Shown: positions 19,568 through 30,574, numbered from the stretch's first letter. The stretch is DNA of 64,000 bases from an uncultured Clostridia bacterium (GCA_947625895.1 CANQPZ010000001.1:15930-79929), one strand, 5' to 3'. A program made the numbers and translations. Notes: generated by a model not told the origin, from the letters alone.

Positions 19568-21652
19568 ATGGCAGGAAGACAATACCCACTTGAGAGAACA
19601 AGAAATATAGGAATAGTTGCTCACATTGATGCTGGTAAAACAACAACAACTGAGAGAATATTATTCTATACAGGAAAAACTCATAAAATAGGTGAAGTTC
19701 ACGAAGGTGCTGCTACAATGGACTGGATGGAACAAGAACAAGAAAGAGGTATTACAATTACTTCTGCTGCTACAACATGTTTCTGGAAGAACAATAGAAT
19801 AAACATTATTGATACTCCTGGACACGTTGATTTTACAGTTGAAGTTCAAAGATCTTTAAAAGTTCTTGACGGTTCAGTTACAGTTTTAGCTGCAAAAGGT
19901 GGAGTTCAACCACAAACTGAAACTGTTTGGAGACAGGCAGATAAATATAATGTACCAAGAATGGTATATGTAAATAAAATGGATATTACTGGAGCAAACT
20001 TTATGCTTTGCGTTGATCAATTAAGAAATAGATTAAAAGCAAATGCTGTTCCAATCCAATTACCAATTGGTGCAGAAGATCAATTTAAAGGTATAGTTGA
20101 TTTGATTAACATGAAAGCTTATATTCATAAAGATGATTTAGGAAAAGAAATCGAAGAAACAGATATACCTGCTGATATGCAAGATTTAGCAAAAGAATAC
20201 CGTGAGAAAATGGTAGAAGCAGTTGCTGAACAAGATGAAGAATTAATGATGAAATATTTAGATGGTGAAGAACTAACAGAAGAAGAAATCAAAAAAGGAT
20301 TAAGAACAGGAACAATTTCAAATACAATAGTTCCAGTTACTTGTGGTTCTTCATATAAAAATAAAGGTGTTCAAGAATTATTAAATGCCATAGTTGATTA
20401 TATGCCATCACCACTAGATATTGCTCATATAAAAGGAAAAACATTAGATGGAGAAGATGTAGAAGCAAAAACTTCTGATTCAGAACCATTTGCTGCATTA
20501 GCATTTAAAATTGCTACAGACCCATTTGTTGGAAAACTATGTTTCTTCAGAGTTTATTCTGGAGTATTAGAGTCTGGATCAACAGTTTTAAATTCTAGTA
20601 AAGATAAAAAAGAAAGAGTTGGTAGAATTCTTCAAATGCATGCAAATCACAGAGAAGATATTGATAAAGTATATGCTGGTGATATTGCAGCAGCAGTTGG
20701 ATTAAAAGATGTTACAACAGGAAACACTTTATGTGATCCAGAACATCCAATAATTCTTGAATCTATGGAATTCCCAGAACCAGTTATTGATATAGCTATC
20801 GAACCAAAAGATAAGGCTGCACAAGAAAAAATGGGAATTGCTTTAGCAAAACTTGCTGAAGAAGATCCAACATTCAAAGCTTATACAAATCAAGAGACAG
20901 GTCAAACTATTATCGCTGGTATGGGTGAACTTCACCTAGATATCATCGTTGATAGATTAAAGAGAGAATTCAAAGTTGAATGTAATGTAGGTAAACCACA
21001 AGTTGCTTACAAAGAAACAATTAGAAATAAAGTTAAAGTTCAAGGAAAATTCATCAGACAATCTGGTGGTAAAGGACAATATGGTGACGTTTGGTTTGAA
21101 ATGGAACCATTAGAGCCAGGTAAAGGTATAGAATTTGAGAGCAAAATTGTTGGTGGTGCTGTTCCAAAAGAATATATCAAACCTATTGAACAAGGTATGA
21201 GAGAAGCTGCTGAAACTGGTGTCTTAGCTGGATATCCTGTTATAGACTTTAAAGTTTCATTAGTAGATGGATCTTATCACGAAGTTGACTCTTCAGAAAT
21301 GGCATTCAAGATTGCTGCTTCTATGGCTTTCAAAGAAGGTTGTAAACAAGCTAAATCAGTTATATTAGAGCCTATAATGAAAGTTGATATAACAGTTCCA
21401 GAAGAATATATGGGAGATGTTATAGGAGATATAAACTCTAGACGTGGTAGAATGGAAGGTATGGAAGGAAATGATGGAATGCAAGACATACATGCATTTA
21501 TTCCATTATCTGAAATGTTTGGATATGCTACTGACTTACGTTCAAAAACACAAGGAAGAGGAACATATTCAATGGAACCTTCTCATTATGAAGAAGTTCC
21601 AAAATCTGTTCATGATGCAATTGTTTCTTCAAGAGCTAAAAAAGAAGAATAA
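19568..21652 (+). CDS. fusA: Elongation factor G
   Basis: [21 protein letters not shown]..., 694 aa, canonical EF-G. Follows rpsG as in the str operon. Confidence 0.95.
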   Translation: MAGRQYPLERTRNIGIVAHIDAGKTTTTERILFYTGKTHKIGEVHEGAATMDWMEQEQERGITITSAATTCFWKNNRINIIDTPGHVDFTVEVQRSLKVLDGSVTVLAAKGGVQPQTETVWRQADKYNVPRMVYVNKMDITGANFMLCVDQLRNRLKANAVPIQLPIGAEDQFKGIVDLINMKAYIHKDDLGKEIEETDIPADMQDLAKEYREKMVEAVAEQDEELMMKYLDGEELTEEEIKKGLRTGTISNTIVPVTCGSSYKNKGVQELLNAIVDYMPSPLDIAHIKGKTLDGEDVEAKTSDSEPFAALAFKIATDPFVGKLCFFRVYSGVLESGSTVLNSSKDKKERVGRILQMHANHREDIDKVYAGDIAAAVGLKDVTTGNTLCDPEHPIILESMEFPEPVIDIAIEPKDKAAQEKMGIALAKLAEEDPTFKAYTNQETGQTIIAGMGELHLDIIVDRLKREFKVECNVGKPQVAYKETIRNKVKVQGKFIRQSGGKGQYGDVWFEMEPLEPGKGIEFESKIVGGAVPKEYIKPIEQGMREAAETGVLAGYPVIDFKVSLVDGSYHEVDSSEMAFKIAASMAFKEGCKQAKSVILEPIMKVDITVPEEYMGDVIGDINSRRGRMEGMEGNDGMQDIHAFIPLSEMFGYATDLRSKTQGRGTYSMEPSHYEEVPKSVHDAIVSSRAKKEE

Positions 21653-21682
21653 TTTGTATTATGATAAATTTAAAAATAATTA

Positions 21683-21711
21683 TTGCATTTTTGTTGAAAA
21701 TAGTATAGAAT
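21683..21711 (+). promoter_or_regulatory. Candidate tuf-specific promoter (TTGCAT-17-TAGAAT) in the fusA-tuf spacer
   Basis: A -35 and -10 pair with 17-nt spacing about 70 nt upstream of tuf. Secondary tuf promoters at this position are common. Confidence 0.35.
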
Positions 21712-21783
21712 GCAAATGCTAACTAAAATAGTTATTAAATTTTAAAATTTAAATAAAAAACAAAAAAAAGGAGGAATTTTCAA

Positions 21784-22986
21784 ATGGCTAAAGCTAAATT
21801 TGAAAGAACAAAACCACACGTTAACATTGGTACAATCGGACATGTTGACCATGGTAAAACAACAACAACAGCTGCTATTACTAAATACTTAAGCTTATTA
21901 GGAAAAGCTAAATTTGAAGCATATGACCAAATTGATGGTGCACCAGAAGAAAAAGCTAGAGGAATCACAATTAATACAGCTCACGTTGAATATGAAACAG
22001 ATAAGAGACATTATGCTCACGTTGACTGCCCAGGTCATGCTGACTATGTAAAGAACATGATCACAGGTGCTGCTCAAATGGATGGTGCTGTATTAGTAGT
22101 TTCTGCTGCTGATGGACCAATGCCACAAACTAGAGAGCATATATTACTTGCTAGACAAGTTGGTGTTAAATATATCGTTGTTTATTTAAATAAATGCGAT
22201 ATGGTTGATGATCCAGAATTACTTGAATTAGTTGAAATGGAAGTTAGAGATTTATTAACAGAATATGAATTTCCAGGAGACGAAATTCCAATCGTAAAAG
22301 GATCTTCATTAAAAGCATTAGAGAGCACATCAACAGATCCTAACGATCCTGTTTATGCTCCAATTAAAGAATTATTAGACGCTATAGACAGCTATATTCC
22401 AACACCAGATAGACCAACTGACCAACCATTCTTAATGCCAGTTGAAGATGTATTCTCTATCACAGGTAGAGGAACAGTTGCAACAGGTAGAGTAGAAAGA
22501 GGAGTTGTAAAACTATCTGACGAAGTTGAAATTGTTGGTTTAAAACCACAATCAAGCAAAACTGTTGTTACAGGTGTTGAAATGTTTAGAAAATTATTGG
22601 ATCAAGCTGAAGCTGGTGACAACATTGGTGTTCTTTTAAGAGGTGTTCAAAGAAACGAAGTTGAAAGAGGCCAAGTTCTTGCAAAACCAGGATCAATTCA
22701 TCCACATACAAAATTTAAATCACAAGTTTATATCCTAACTAAAGAAGAGGGTGGAAGACATACACCATTCTTTAATGGATACAGACCACAATTCTATTTC
22801 AGAACAACAGACGTTACAGGTGTTATTGAATTACCTGCTGGAACAGAAATGGTTATGCCAGGTGATCACGTTGATATGACAATTGAACTTATTACTCCAA
22901 TCGCTATCGAAAAAGAATTAAGATTCGCTATTCGTGAAGGTGGACGTACAGTAGGTTCAGGAGTTGTTTCTGAAATTATCCAATAA
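21784..22986 (+). CDS. tuf: Elongation factor Tu
   Basis: [27 protein letters not shown]...; canonical EF-Tu, 400 aa. Confidence 0.95.
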   Translation: MAKAKFERTKPHVNIGTIGHVDHGKTTTTAAITKYLSLLGKAKFEAYDQIDGAPEEKARGITINTAHVEYETDKRHYAHVDCPGHADYVKNMITGAAQMDGAVLVVSAADGPMPQTREHILLARQVGVKYIVVYLNKCDMVDDPELLELVEMEVRDLLTEYEFPGDEIPIVKGSSLKALESTSTDPNDPVYAPIKELLDAIDSYIPTPDRPTDQPFLMPVEDVFSITGRGTVATGRVERGVVKLSDEVEIVGLKPQSSKTVVTGVEMFRKLLDQAEAGDNIGVLLRGVQRNEVERGQVLAKPGSIHPHTKFKSQVYILTKEEGGRHTPFFNGYRPQFYFRTTDVTGVIELPAGTEMVMPGDHVDMTIELITPIAIEKELRFAIREGGRTVGSGVVSEIIQ

Positions 22987-23008
22987 TAAATATTATAAAA
23001 TATTTTCA

Positions 23009-23040
23009 AGGGCTATTTAAAATAGTCCTTGTTTTTTTTG
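23009..23040 (+). terminator. Rho-independent terminator after tuf
   Basis: GGGCTAT-ttaaa-ATAGTCC stem (one G-U pair) followed by TTGTTTTTTTT. Confidence 0.6.
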
Positions 23041-23099
23041 TCTTTTATTTCAGATAAATATAACAATATAATTACAAGATTTCATTTAAAATACATTTA

Positions 23100-23128
23100 T
23101 TTACATTTTTCGACGCAAATGATATAGT
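23100..23128 (+). promoter_or_regulatory. Candidate sigma-A promoter (TTTACA-17-TATAGT) for the SPFH/zinc-ribbon operon
   Basis: Hexamers with 17-nt spacing about 45 nt upstream of the 23173 start. Confidence 0.35.
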
Positions 23129-23172
23129 ATAGAAAATGGGCGCAAGTAGCGTTTTTTAAGGAGGTTAGAAAT

Positions 23173-24534
23173 ATGGGATTTATTAAAGCATTTGCAGGTG
23201 CTCTTGGAGGAACATTTGCAGATCAATGGAAAGATTTTTATGCTCCAATGCCTAATGTTCCAGGAACTGCAGCAATTTTTCAAGCAGTACCACAAGGAAC
23301 AAACGCAGGTCGTGGAGAAAATACAAAAGGATCAGAAAATATTATTTCAAATGGAAGTAAAATAGTAGTGCCAGAAGGTACAGCTCTTATCACATTACAA
23401 GATGGAGCAATTACTGGATGTATAACAGAACCAGGTGGATTTGTTTATACTAGTGATGATCCTAATTCTAGATCAATATTTGCAGGAGATGGATTATTAA
23501 CATCTACTCTAGGACAAAGCTGGGAAAGATTTAAATTTGGAGGTCAACCAGGTGCTCAACAAACAGCTTTCTATGTTAATTTAAAGGAAATACCTAATAA
23601 TCGTTTCGGAACTCAATCTGAAATATATTGGGATGATGCATATTTAAATGCACAAGTTGGAGCTGTAACAAGAGGTACATACACATTAAGAATAGTAGAT
23701 CCTTTATTATTTATAAAGAATTTTGTTCCATCAGCTTATTTACAACCAGGTGCTGCTATATTTGATTTTGCTGATATGGATAATGATGCAGGAGCTCAAC
23801 TTTTTAATGAAGTTGTTGGTAGTTTATCTGCTGCATTTTCAAATTATACAAACGATCCTAGTAAAGGGAATCGTATAACTAAAATCCAAGGAGATCAAAT
23901 TGGATTTGCTCAAAGCTTATCACAAGCTGTTGAAGATGGATACCAATGGAAGTCTGATAGAGGACTTGAAATTGTTAAAGTTGCTTTACAAGCAATTGAA
24001 TATGATGAAGATACTAAAGCTCTATTAAGTGATGTTAAAAAGGCAGATGCTTTAGCAGGTGCTAGAGGAAATTCATTTATGCAACAATCTGTTGCTCGTG
24101 GATTCCAAGCAGCTGGAGAAAATGGAGGAAACGCTGGAGGAATGGCATTTATGGGAATGGGAATGAATGCTGTAGGTGGAGCTGTAAGTGGATTACAACA
24201 ACCTGTATATCAACAACCAATGCAACAACAACCAATGCAACAACAACCAATGTATCAACAACCAATGCAACAGCAACCAATGCAACAGCAACCAATGCAA
24301 CAACAGCCAATGCAACAACAACCAATGCAACAAGAACCAGTACAACAACAACCAGCACAACAAGAACCAGTGCAACAACCAGCTCAACCTGTTCAAGAGC
24401 CAGCTCAAGGAACAGCACAACCAGCTGAAGAAGATCCATATGAAAAACTAGCTAAAATGAAAAAATTAGTAGAGCAGGGAGTTATATCTCAAGAAGAATT
24501 TGATCAAGCTAAGCATAAACTTTTGGGGGTGTAG
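23173..24534 (+). CDS. SPFH (band-7) superfamily protein of the COG4260 / YdjI-like type (databases annotate this family as putative virion core protein), with a poly(QQPM) low-complexity linker and a C-terminal SHOCT domain
   Basis: N-terminus MGFIKAFAGALGGTFADQWKDFY and overall layout match the COG4260 family. The (QQPMQ)n repeat is encoded by 15-nt tandem DNA repeats at about 24190-24340. The C-terminal EDPYEKLAKMKKLVEQGVISQEEFDQAKHKLLG is a SHOCT motif. RBS AAGGAGG. Confidence 0.55.
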   Translation: MGFIKAFAGALGGTFADQWKDFYAPMPNVPGTAAIFQAVPQGTNAGRGENTKGSENIISNGSKIVVPEGTALITLQDGAITGCITEPGGFVYTSDDPNSRSIFAGDGLLTSTLGQSWERFKFGGQPGAQQTAFYVNLKEIPNNRFGTQSEIYWDDAYLNAQVGAVTRGTYTLRIVDPLLFIKNFVPSAYLQPGAAIFDFADMDNDAGAQLFNEVVGSLSAAFSNYTNDPSKGNRITKIQGDQIGFAQSLSQAVEDGYQWKSDRGLEIVKVALQAIEYDEDTKALLSDVKKADALAGARGNSFMQQSVARGFQAAGENGGNAGGMAFMGMGMNAVGGAVSGLQQPVYQQPMQQQPMQQQPMYQQPMQQQPMQQQPMQQQPMQQQPMQQEPVQQQPAQQEPVQQPAQPVQEPAQGTAQPAEEDPYEKLAKMKKLVEQGVISQEEFDQAKHKLLGV

Positions 24535-24537
24535 ACC

Positions 24538-25974
24538 ATGAGTGAAGTTACAAATGATGAACCAAGAATTGTACAAACAGATGTAGGGGCAAAAGATGGG
24601 CAAAATAAATGCCCAAAGTGTGGAGCAACAGATATTTCTTTAAATGTCAAAACAGGTTTATTAAGATGCAATTATTGTAGATATGAATTTTCACCAGAAA
24701 AAATTGAAGGTATGGAAGAAAACATAAGTAATCTCGAAGGAGAAGTCATGGGTTCTGGTACTCAGGATATCCAACAAGACACAAGTGATTTAGTTACTTT
24801 CAAGTGTAGTAGCTGTGGTGCAGAAGTTGTAATAGATACAGCTGAATCAACACAGGCTAGATGCCACTGGTGTAGAAATACTTTATCTGTTAATCAACAA
24901 ATACCAAATGGTAGTGTTCCTGATATTGTTTTACCATTTAAAGTCTCTAAAGATGAGGCTAAACAACAAATAGAACAATTTGTTGGAAAAAGAAAATTTT
25001 TTGCACATCCAAAATTTACAGAGGAATTTACTACAGATAATATTATGGGTGTTTATTTCCCATATATGGTAGTTGATGTAAATGCACATGCTTCTTTGCG
25101 TGGACAAGGGGAGCATGAGGTTAGAAGATACTTTGAAGGTTCTGGAAATAATAGAAGAATGTGTTATGATGCTGATTTATATGATGTTGGACGTGAATTT
25201 GATTTAACAATTAATGGATTAACTGTTGAATCAAGTGCAGATAAGTTAGATACACATTCATCACAAAAAACAAATAATGTTATTAATGCAATTATGCCAT
25301 TTGATGTAGAAAATAGTGTTAAATGGAATTCAAATTATATAAAAGGTTATACTTCTGAAAAACGTGATACTAATATAGACCAATTACGACCAATTGTTAG
25401 TACTCAGTCAAAAGATATAGCTAGATTTTCAGCAAATGATACTATAAAAGATTATAACCGTGGAGTAAGATGGGAGAGTGAGAATTTTACTGTAAAAGGA
25501 CAACAATGGAAAGCTGCATATTTACCAGTTTGGTTATATAGTTATAGACAAGTTGTTGATGATAAAAATGCTGTACTTCATTATGTTGCAGTTAATGCTA
25601 GAACAAAAGAAACAATGGGAAGTGTACCTATATATATGCCTAAATTATTGGGCGTTTCTGTAGCAGTAGAGGTTTTAGGAATAATAATGATGATAATCAC
25701 AGCAATGATGGAATTTAGATTAAGTTTTATATTTCTATTAACTGGATTTATCTATTTCTTCTTAATGTATTTAAAATATAGAAATTCAGATGCTAGACAT
25801 CATTATGAAACTGAAACAAAAACTCAAATGTCTAATTTACAAAAAGGAGATAGATTAATAAAAAGAGAAACAGGACTATCAAATTCAATGATTTCTGGTG
25901 CTAATAATAAAAAAGTTTCGGGGCAAACAATTTCGGAAAAAGCCATGGGTACAATTAATGATATTATAAAATAA
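24538..25974 (+). CDS. Double zinc-ribbon membrane protein (two CxxC...CxxC ribbons N-terminally, two C-terminal TM helices), co-operonic partner of the SPFH protein. Possibly YdjG/YdjH-like
   Basis: CPKCGATD...CNYCRY and CSSCGAEV...CHWCRN ribbons. C-terminal hydrophobic helices LLGVSVAVEVLGIIMMIITAMM and FIFLLTGFIYFFLMYL. Starts 3 nt after the stop of the previous ORF. Confidence 0.5.
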   Translation: MSEVTNDEPRIVQTDVGAKDGQNKCPKCGATDISLNVKTGLLRCNYCRYEFSPEKIEGMEENISNLEGEVMGSGTQDIQQDTSDLVTFKCSSCGAEVVIDTAESTQARCHWCRNTLSVNQQIPNGSVPDIVLPFKVSKDEAKQQIEQFVGKRKFFAHPKFTEEFTTDNIMGVYFPYMVVDVNAHASLRGQGEHEVRRYFEGSGNNRRMCYDADLYDVGREFDLTINGLTVESSADKLDTHSSQKTNNVINAIMPFDVENSVKWNSNYIKGYTSEKRDTNIDQLRPIVSTQSKDIARFSANDTIKDYNRGVRWESENFTVKGQQWKAAYLPVWLYSYRQVVDDKNAVLHYVAVNARTKETMGSVPIYMPKLLGVSVAVEVLGIIMMIITAMMEFRLSFIFLLTGFIYFFLMYLKYRNSDARHHYETETKTQMSNLQKGDRLIKRETGLSNSMISGANNKKVSGQTISEKAMGTINDIIK

Positions 25975-26018
25975 TAATGGTTCAAAATTATTTGTAATTT
26001 AAATATATGTAATATATG

Positions 26019-26048
26019 GGCACATACTTTCATAGTATGTGCTTTTGT
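26019..26048 (+). terminator. Rho-independent terminator after the zinc-ribbon protein gene
   Basis: GCACATACT-ttcat-AGTATGTGC stem followed by TTTTGTT. Confidence 0.55.
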
Positions 26049-26050
26049 TA

Positions 26051-26100
26051 TATTATAGGAAAGTTCTCCGAATTTCCTATAATATAAAGGCTTCGTCCAA
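26051..26100. repeat. Copy 2 of the dispersed hairpin element (TATTATAGGAAA-N10-TTTCCTATAATA + tail TAAAGGCTTCGTCCAA)
   Basis: 12-bp perfect inverted repeat plus the conserved AAAGGCTTCG tail, immediately after a terminator hairpin. Confidence 0.55.
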
Positions 26101-26309
26101 TTTGCCCTTAGATTATTCAATAAATTAAAATATTTCTTGACTTTTATTATAGTAGCATAATAAAATAAATATATGATATTTAAAAAGGAAAAATAGCATA
26201 TATTGTTGTATAGTTAATAATATTATTTAACATATACAATGTTTTTTTAATATGATGGAAAAACAGTAGTTGTTATTTATTTTAAATCTTAGAAAGGATT
26301 TAGATTAAT

Positions 26310-27341
26310 ATGAAAATACTTTTAGATGCAATGGGAGGAGATAATGCACCAGATGCTACTATAAAAGGTGCAGTTAAAGCAATTAATCAAGTAAAAGCAG
26401 AAGTTGTTTTAATTGGTCAAGAAGATGTTATAAGAAACAAATTTAAAGAATTCTATAATAAATCTCCTGAAGAAATATCTGACAGGCTAATAATTAAAAA
26501 TGCAACAGAAATTATCGAAATGGAAGATGTTCCTACAATGGCAATCAAACATAAAAAAGATTCTTCAATGGTTGTAGGATTTAGAATGCTAAAAGAAGAT
26601 GAGGGAGATGTTTTTATTTCCGCTGGTAATTCAGGAGCATTACTTACAGGTGCTACCCTTTTAGTAGGAAGAATCAAAGGGATTGATAGACCAGCATTAG
26701 CAGGAATTTTACCAGCTTATAAAAGTCAACTTTTGTTAATTGATTCTGGAGCAAATACTAATTGTAAACCAATTAACTTATTACAATTTGCACTTATGTC
26801 TACAATTTATTTGCGTAATACATATGGAATTGAAAAACCTACTATTGGATTATTGAATATTGGAACTGAAGAAACAAAAGGTAATGATTTGACCAAGGAG
26901 TCATATTTATTATTAAAAGAAAAATCTGAAGAATTAGGAATAAATTTTGTTGGAAATGTAGAGGGAAGAGAGGCCTTTTCTGGCGAAATAGATGCGATTG
27001 TAACAGATGGATTTACAGGAAATATATTCTTAAAAGCTATAGAAGGTTTAGGTAAATTTGTAAAAAGATCTCTTACTGAAAGCTTGAAAAAGAATATATT
27101 TTCTACTATAGCTGCAATTCCTTCATTGCCTGCAATTAATAGGTTTGCAGCATCCGTAGATTATAAATCATATGGTGGAGCATTATTCTTAGGAGTAAAA
27201 AAACCTGTTGTTAAAGCTCATGGAAGTAGTGATGAAGAATTATTTGAATTTACAATTAAGCAAGCAGAAAAATTTGTGGAAAATAAAGCAGTTCCAAAGA
27301 TGATAGAAGAATTTGATAAAATAAATAAAAATAATGCTTGA
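26310..27341 (+). CDS. plsX: Phosphate acyltransferase PlsX
   Basis: MKILLDAMGGDNAPDATIKGAV..., conserved PlsX motifs (GNSGALL, DGFTGNIFLK). Followed by acpP. Confidence 0.9.
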   Translation: MKILLDAMGGDNAPDATIKGAVKAINQVKAEVVLIGQEDVIRNKFKEFYNKSPEEISDRLIIKNATEIIEMEDVPTMAIKHKKDSSMVVGFRMLKEDEGDVFISAGNSGALLTGATLLVGRIKGIDRPALAGILPAYKSQLLLIDSGANTNCKPINLLQFALMSTIYLRNTYGIEKPTIGLLNIGTEETKGNDLTKESYLLLKEKSEELGINFVGNVEGREAFSGEIDAIVTDGFTGNIFLKAIEGLGKFVKRSLTESLKKNIFSTIAAIPSLPAINRFAASVDYKSYGGALFLGVKKPVVKAHGSSDEELFEFTIKQAEKFVENKAVPKMIEEFDKINKNNA

Positions 27342-27406
27342 CATTTTATAAGCTATATAATAATAATATTACAAGTCATATTTAAAAAATGGAGGTGTAC
27401 AGTAAG

Positions 27407-27646
27407 ATGAATACAGAAGATGTTTTTGATAAAGTTAAAGAGATTATTGTTGAACAACTTGGCGTTGCAGAAGCTTCAGTAACAATGGAAGCATCATTTA
27501 TTGATGATCTAGGAGCTGATTCTTTAGACATAGTTGAATTGGTTATGGCTTTAGAAGAAGAATTTGATATCGAAATACCAGATGCTGATGCTGAAAAAGT
27601 TACAACAGTTGGTGATGTAGTTGAATATATAAAAGAAAATGTTTAG
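27407..27646 (+). CDS. acpP: Acyl carrier protein
   Basis: [20 protein letters not shown]...[26 protein letters not shown] with the phosphopantetheine-attachment DSLD motif. The start at 27407 after GGAGGTG is preferred over the ORF-track start at 27389. Confidence 0.9.
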   Translation: MNTEDVFDKVKEIIVEQLGVAEASVTMEASFIDDLGADSLDIVELVMALEEEFDIEIPDADAEKVTTVGDVVEYIKENV

Positions 27647-27653
27647 TATAAAA

Positions 27654-27681
27654 GAGGAGTAACATTGTTACTTCTTTTTTT
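27654..27681 (+). terminator. Rho-independent terminator after acpP
   Basis: GGAGTAAC-att-GTTACTTC stem followed by TTTTTTT. Confidence 0.5.
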
Positions 27682-27795
27682 ATCAGATAAGATTTGTTTT
27701 TCGATTTTATCTTGCTTAAATAAAATTTTAGTGAGTTATCATCTAGTGTAAGTATATTAGATAGCTCACTATTTTTTATTATACATCTAATTAAT

Positions 27796-27823
27796 GTTTA
27801 CATAATTTTTAAAATTTGCTATA
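27796..27823 (+). promoter_or_regulatory. Candidate promoter for rnc (TTTACA-16-TGcTATAAT)
   Basis: Consensus-like hexamers with an extended -10, about 90 nt upstream of rnc. Confidence 0.35.
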
Positions 27824-27913
27824 ATGATAAAGTAAAATTTAATTAAATAATTATCAAATATTACTTGATAAAAGTTTTATAAGGTAATAAAATGCTTAAA
27901 GGTGGTAAAACAT

Positions 27914-28582
27914 ATGAATTTAGAAAATTTTGAAAATAACATTGGTTATTATTTTAATAATAAGGATTTACTTAAAGAAGCATTAACACATACATCATAT
28001 GCATATGAAAATAAAGTAGAAAGTAATGAAAGATTAGAATACTTAGGTGATAGTATATTAGAGTTTGTAATAAGTGAATTTTTATTTTTAAAATATAAAA
28101 ATTTATCTGAGGGAGAAATGACTAAAGTTAGGGCAAATGTTGTTTGCGAAGATAGCTTATTTAAAATAGCACAAAAGCATAATTTTAGTGATTTCTTATA
28201 TTTAGGTAATAGTGAAAAACATTCTCAAAATAGTAAAAAAGCACTTATGGCAGATAGTGTTGAAGCAGTCATTGCTGCAATTTTTTTAGATAGTAATTTG
28301 GAGAATGCTAAGAAATTTATTATTAATAATCTAGAAAAAACTGTAGAAATTTCAAGTAAAAATGTTGGAATGAAAGATTATAAAACAGTTTTACAGGAAA
28401 AATTACAAGTTAATGGGGAAGTAAAAATACAATATACTGTTACAAGAGAAGATGGTCCAGATCATGATAAAACTTTTATTGTAGAAGTTAGTTGCGATGG
28501 AAAAGTTTTAGCTGAAGGACAAGGTAAAAATAAGAAAAATGCTGAAATGGAAGCGGCTAAAAAGGCACTTGAAAAAATGTAG
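27914..28582 (+). CDS. rnc: Ribonuclease III
   Basis: RNase III signature ERLEYLGDSILEFVISEFLF and a C-terminal dsRBD (KDYKTVLQEKLQ...GQGKNKKNAEMEAAKKALEKM). Start at 27914 after AAAGGTGG. Confidence 0.85.
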   Translation: MNLENFENNIGYYFNNKDLLKEALTHTSYAYENKVESNERLEYLGDSILEFVISEFLFLKYKNLSEGEMTKVRANVVCEDSLFKIAQKHNFSDFLYLGNSEKHSQNSKKALMADSVEAVIAAIFLDSNLENAKKFIINNLEKTVEISSKNVGMKDYKTVLQEKLQVNGEVKIQYTVTREDGPDHDKTFIVEVSCDGKVLAEGQGKNKKNAEMEAAKKALEKM

Positions 28583-28615
28583 TTTTAGAGTAATTGTAGA
28601 AGGGGATGAAGTAAT

Positions 28616-29686
28616 ATGAAAAAACAATATATAATTCCTATATTTGTTCCACATTTGGGATGCCCTAATGATTGTACTTTCTGTAATCAAAAGATTATTA
28701 GTGGTCAAACTAAAGATGTTACACCAGATGATGTAAGAAAAACTATAGAATATTACTTAAAAAATTTTAATGTATCTAGTAAAAATATTGAAGTTGCGTT
28801 TTTTGGAGGAAGCTTCTCAGGAATTGAAAGAGAAAAACAAGAAGCTTTACTAAAAGTTGCACATGAATATATTGTTTCAAAAAAAATTGGAAGTATAAGA
28901 ATTTCTACAAGGCCAGATTATATAGATAAGGAAGAATTAAAATTCTTAAAAAGATATGGTGTAAAAACAATTGAATTAGGAGTTCAATCTACAAATGACT
29001 ACATTTTAAAAAGATGTAAGAGAAATCATACTTTTGATGATGTAAAAAAAGCTTCTAGAATGATTAGGATGAGAGGATTTACATTAGGACATCAAATGAT
29101 GGTTGGACTTCCTGAAAGTAATTTATTAGATGAAATTCGTACAGCGAAAGATTTAATAAAATTAAGACCTAAAATTGTTAGAATATATCCTGTATTAGTT
29201 TTAAAAGGCACGGAACTAGAAAAAGAGTTTAATGAGGGGATATATGTTCCACTTTCAGTTGAACAAGCTGTGGAGAGATGTAAAGAATTATGCTATTTAT
29301 TTGAAAAGAAAAAAATTAAAGTTATAAGAATTGGATTACAATCAACAGATACTATTTCAGATATTTCAAAAAATGAAAATAGTGAGGTAGTAGCAGGACC
29401 ATATCATGAAACATTTAGACAACTAATAGATTCATCAATAGCATATGATAAGATTGTTAATATAATTAAAAGTTACAATGTTAAAGTAAAGGAAGTAGAG
29501 ATCGTAACTAATCCTGAGAACGTAAATAATGTAGTAGGATATAAAAAAGAAAATATTGAAAAGTTAAAAGAATATTATGATGTTAATGCAAAGGTAAAAG
29601 CTGATCCTAAATTAAGAAATGGAATTATAAAAGTGCAAATTAAGAAAATCTACACAGACTTTTTAGATGAAAATGAAAATGTATAA
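28616..29686 (+). CDS. Radical SAM protein (ELP3-like / TIGR01212-type family)
   Basis: CxxxCxxC cluster motif in FVPHLGCPNDCTFCNQ followed by the radical-SAM core. 356 aa. Confidence 0.65.
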   Translation: MKKQYIIPIFVPHLGCPNDCTFCNQKIISGQTKDVTPDDVRKTIEYYLKNFNVSSKNIEVAFFGGSFSGIEREKQEALLKVAHEYIVSKKIGSIRISTRPDYIDKEELKFLKRYGVKTIELGVQSTNDYILKRCKRNHTFDDVKKASRMIRMRGFTLGHQMMVGLPESNLLDEIRTAKDLIKLRPKIVRIYPVLVLKGTELEKEFNEGIYVPLSVEQAVERCKELCYLFEKKKIKVIRIGLQSTDTISDISKNENSEVVAGPYHETFRQLIDSSIAYDKIVNIIKSYNVKVKEVEIVTNPENVNNVVGYKKENIEKLKEYYDVNAKVKADPKLRNGIIKVQIKKIYTDFLDENENV

Positions 29687-29728
29687 AAGATTATTAAACA
29701 CCTATACTAAACGTATAGGTGTTTTTAT

Positions 29729-30574
29729 ATGAAAAATAATAAATTAGTTAAAGATATATTATTAACAATATTAGGTACATTCCTGGCTGGATTTGGAATG
29801 GCAAGTTTCTTACTTCCAAACAAACTATCATCAGGTGGTTTTACAGGAATTGCAACTATATTTTATTATCTTTTTAATTTTAATGTTGGATTAGTAGTTT
29901 TAGTTTTAAATATTCCCTTTTTTATTTTGGCTTTTTTTAGATTAGGGAAAAAATTTTTATTTAAGACATTAATTGGAACCTTTTTATTGTCTGCTTTTTT
30001 AGATATTTTCGAGTATATGCCGTTACTGACTAATGATAGATTACTTTCTTCTATTTATGGAGGAGTATTAGTTGGTATAGGAACTGCTTTAATATTTAAA
30101 GCTCATACTTCAACTGGTGGAAGTGATTTAATTGTACAGATATTACGTTCATATAAAATCAAAATTTCTAGTGGAAAACTGCTAAACTTAATTGATATTA
30201 GTGTAGTTGTATTAAATGTAATGTTTTTTAGAGAGTTTGAAATTGGTTTATATTCAGCTATTGCAATATTAATTGTTGGAATGATGATTGATATTATTTT
30301 TGAAGGAACTAATTTTTCAAAGTTAATTTTTATAGTATCAGATAAAAATGAAAAAATAATAGAAATGATAAATAGTGAGTTAGATAGTGGTGCAACGGAA
30401 CTATATGGAAAAGGGGCTTATCTAAATGAAAATAAGATAATAATAATGAGTGTTATGAACAGAAGAGAGATACCGGCTTTAAGAGAGAAAATAAATGAAA
30501 TTGATAAAAAAGCCTTTTTAGTTGTCACAAATGCACGTGAAGTGTATGGACTTGGATTTAAAAATATCGAATAA
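29729..30574 (+). CDS. YitT family membrane protein (DUF161 plus C-terminal DUF2179)
   Basis: Multiple TM helices followed by a soluble C-terminal domain (IIMSVMNRREIPALREKINEIDKKAFLVVTNAREVYG), typical of YitT/YqfU proteins. Confidence 0.65.
   Translation: MKNNKLVKDILLTILGTFLAGFGMASFLLPNKLSSGGFTGIATIFYYLFNFNVGLVVLVLNIPFFILAFFRLGKKFLFKTLIGTFLLSAFLDIFEYMPLLTNDRLLSSIYGGVLVGIGTALIFKAHTSTGGSDLIVQILRSYKIKISSGKLLNLIDISVVVLNVMFFREFEIGLYSAIAILIVGMMIDIIFEGTNFSKLIFIVSDKNEKIIEMINSELDSGATELYGKGAYLNENKIIIMSVMNRREIPALREKINEIDKKAFLVVTNAREVYGLGFKNIE

Noticed and set aside
19205-19649. ORFs 19205-19447 (+) and 19455-19649 (-) in and around the rpsG-fusA spacer
   Set aside because: They overlap the 3' end of rpsG or the 5' end of fusA, lack RBSs and have low-complexity translations. 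The spacer is treated as non-coding.
24149-24451. Antisense and alternative-frame ORFs (LVVV-rich, CNNNQ-rich, WLLL-rich) over the poly(QQPM) tract
   Set aside because: Artefacts of the 15-nt tandem repeat. The sense-frame SPFH protein is continuous with a conserved N-terminal domain and C-terminal SHOCT domain.
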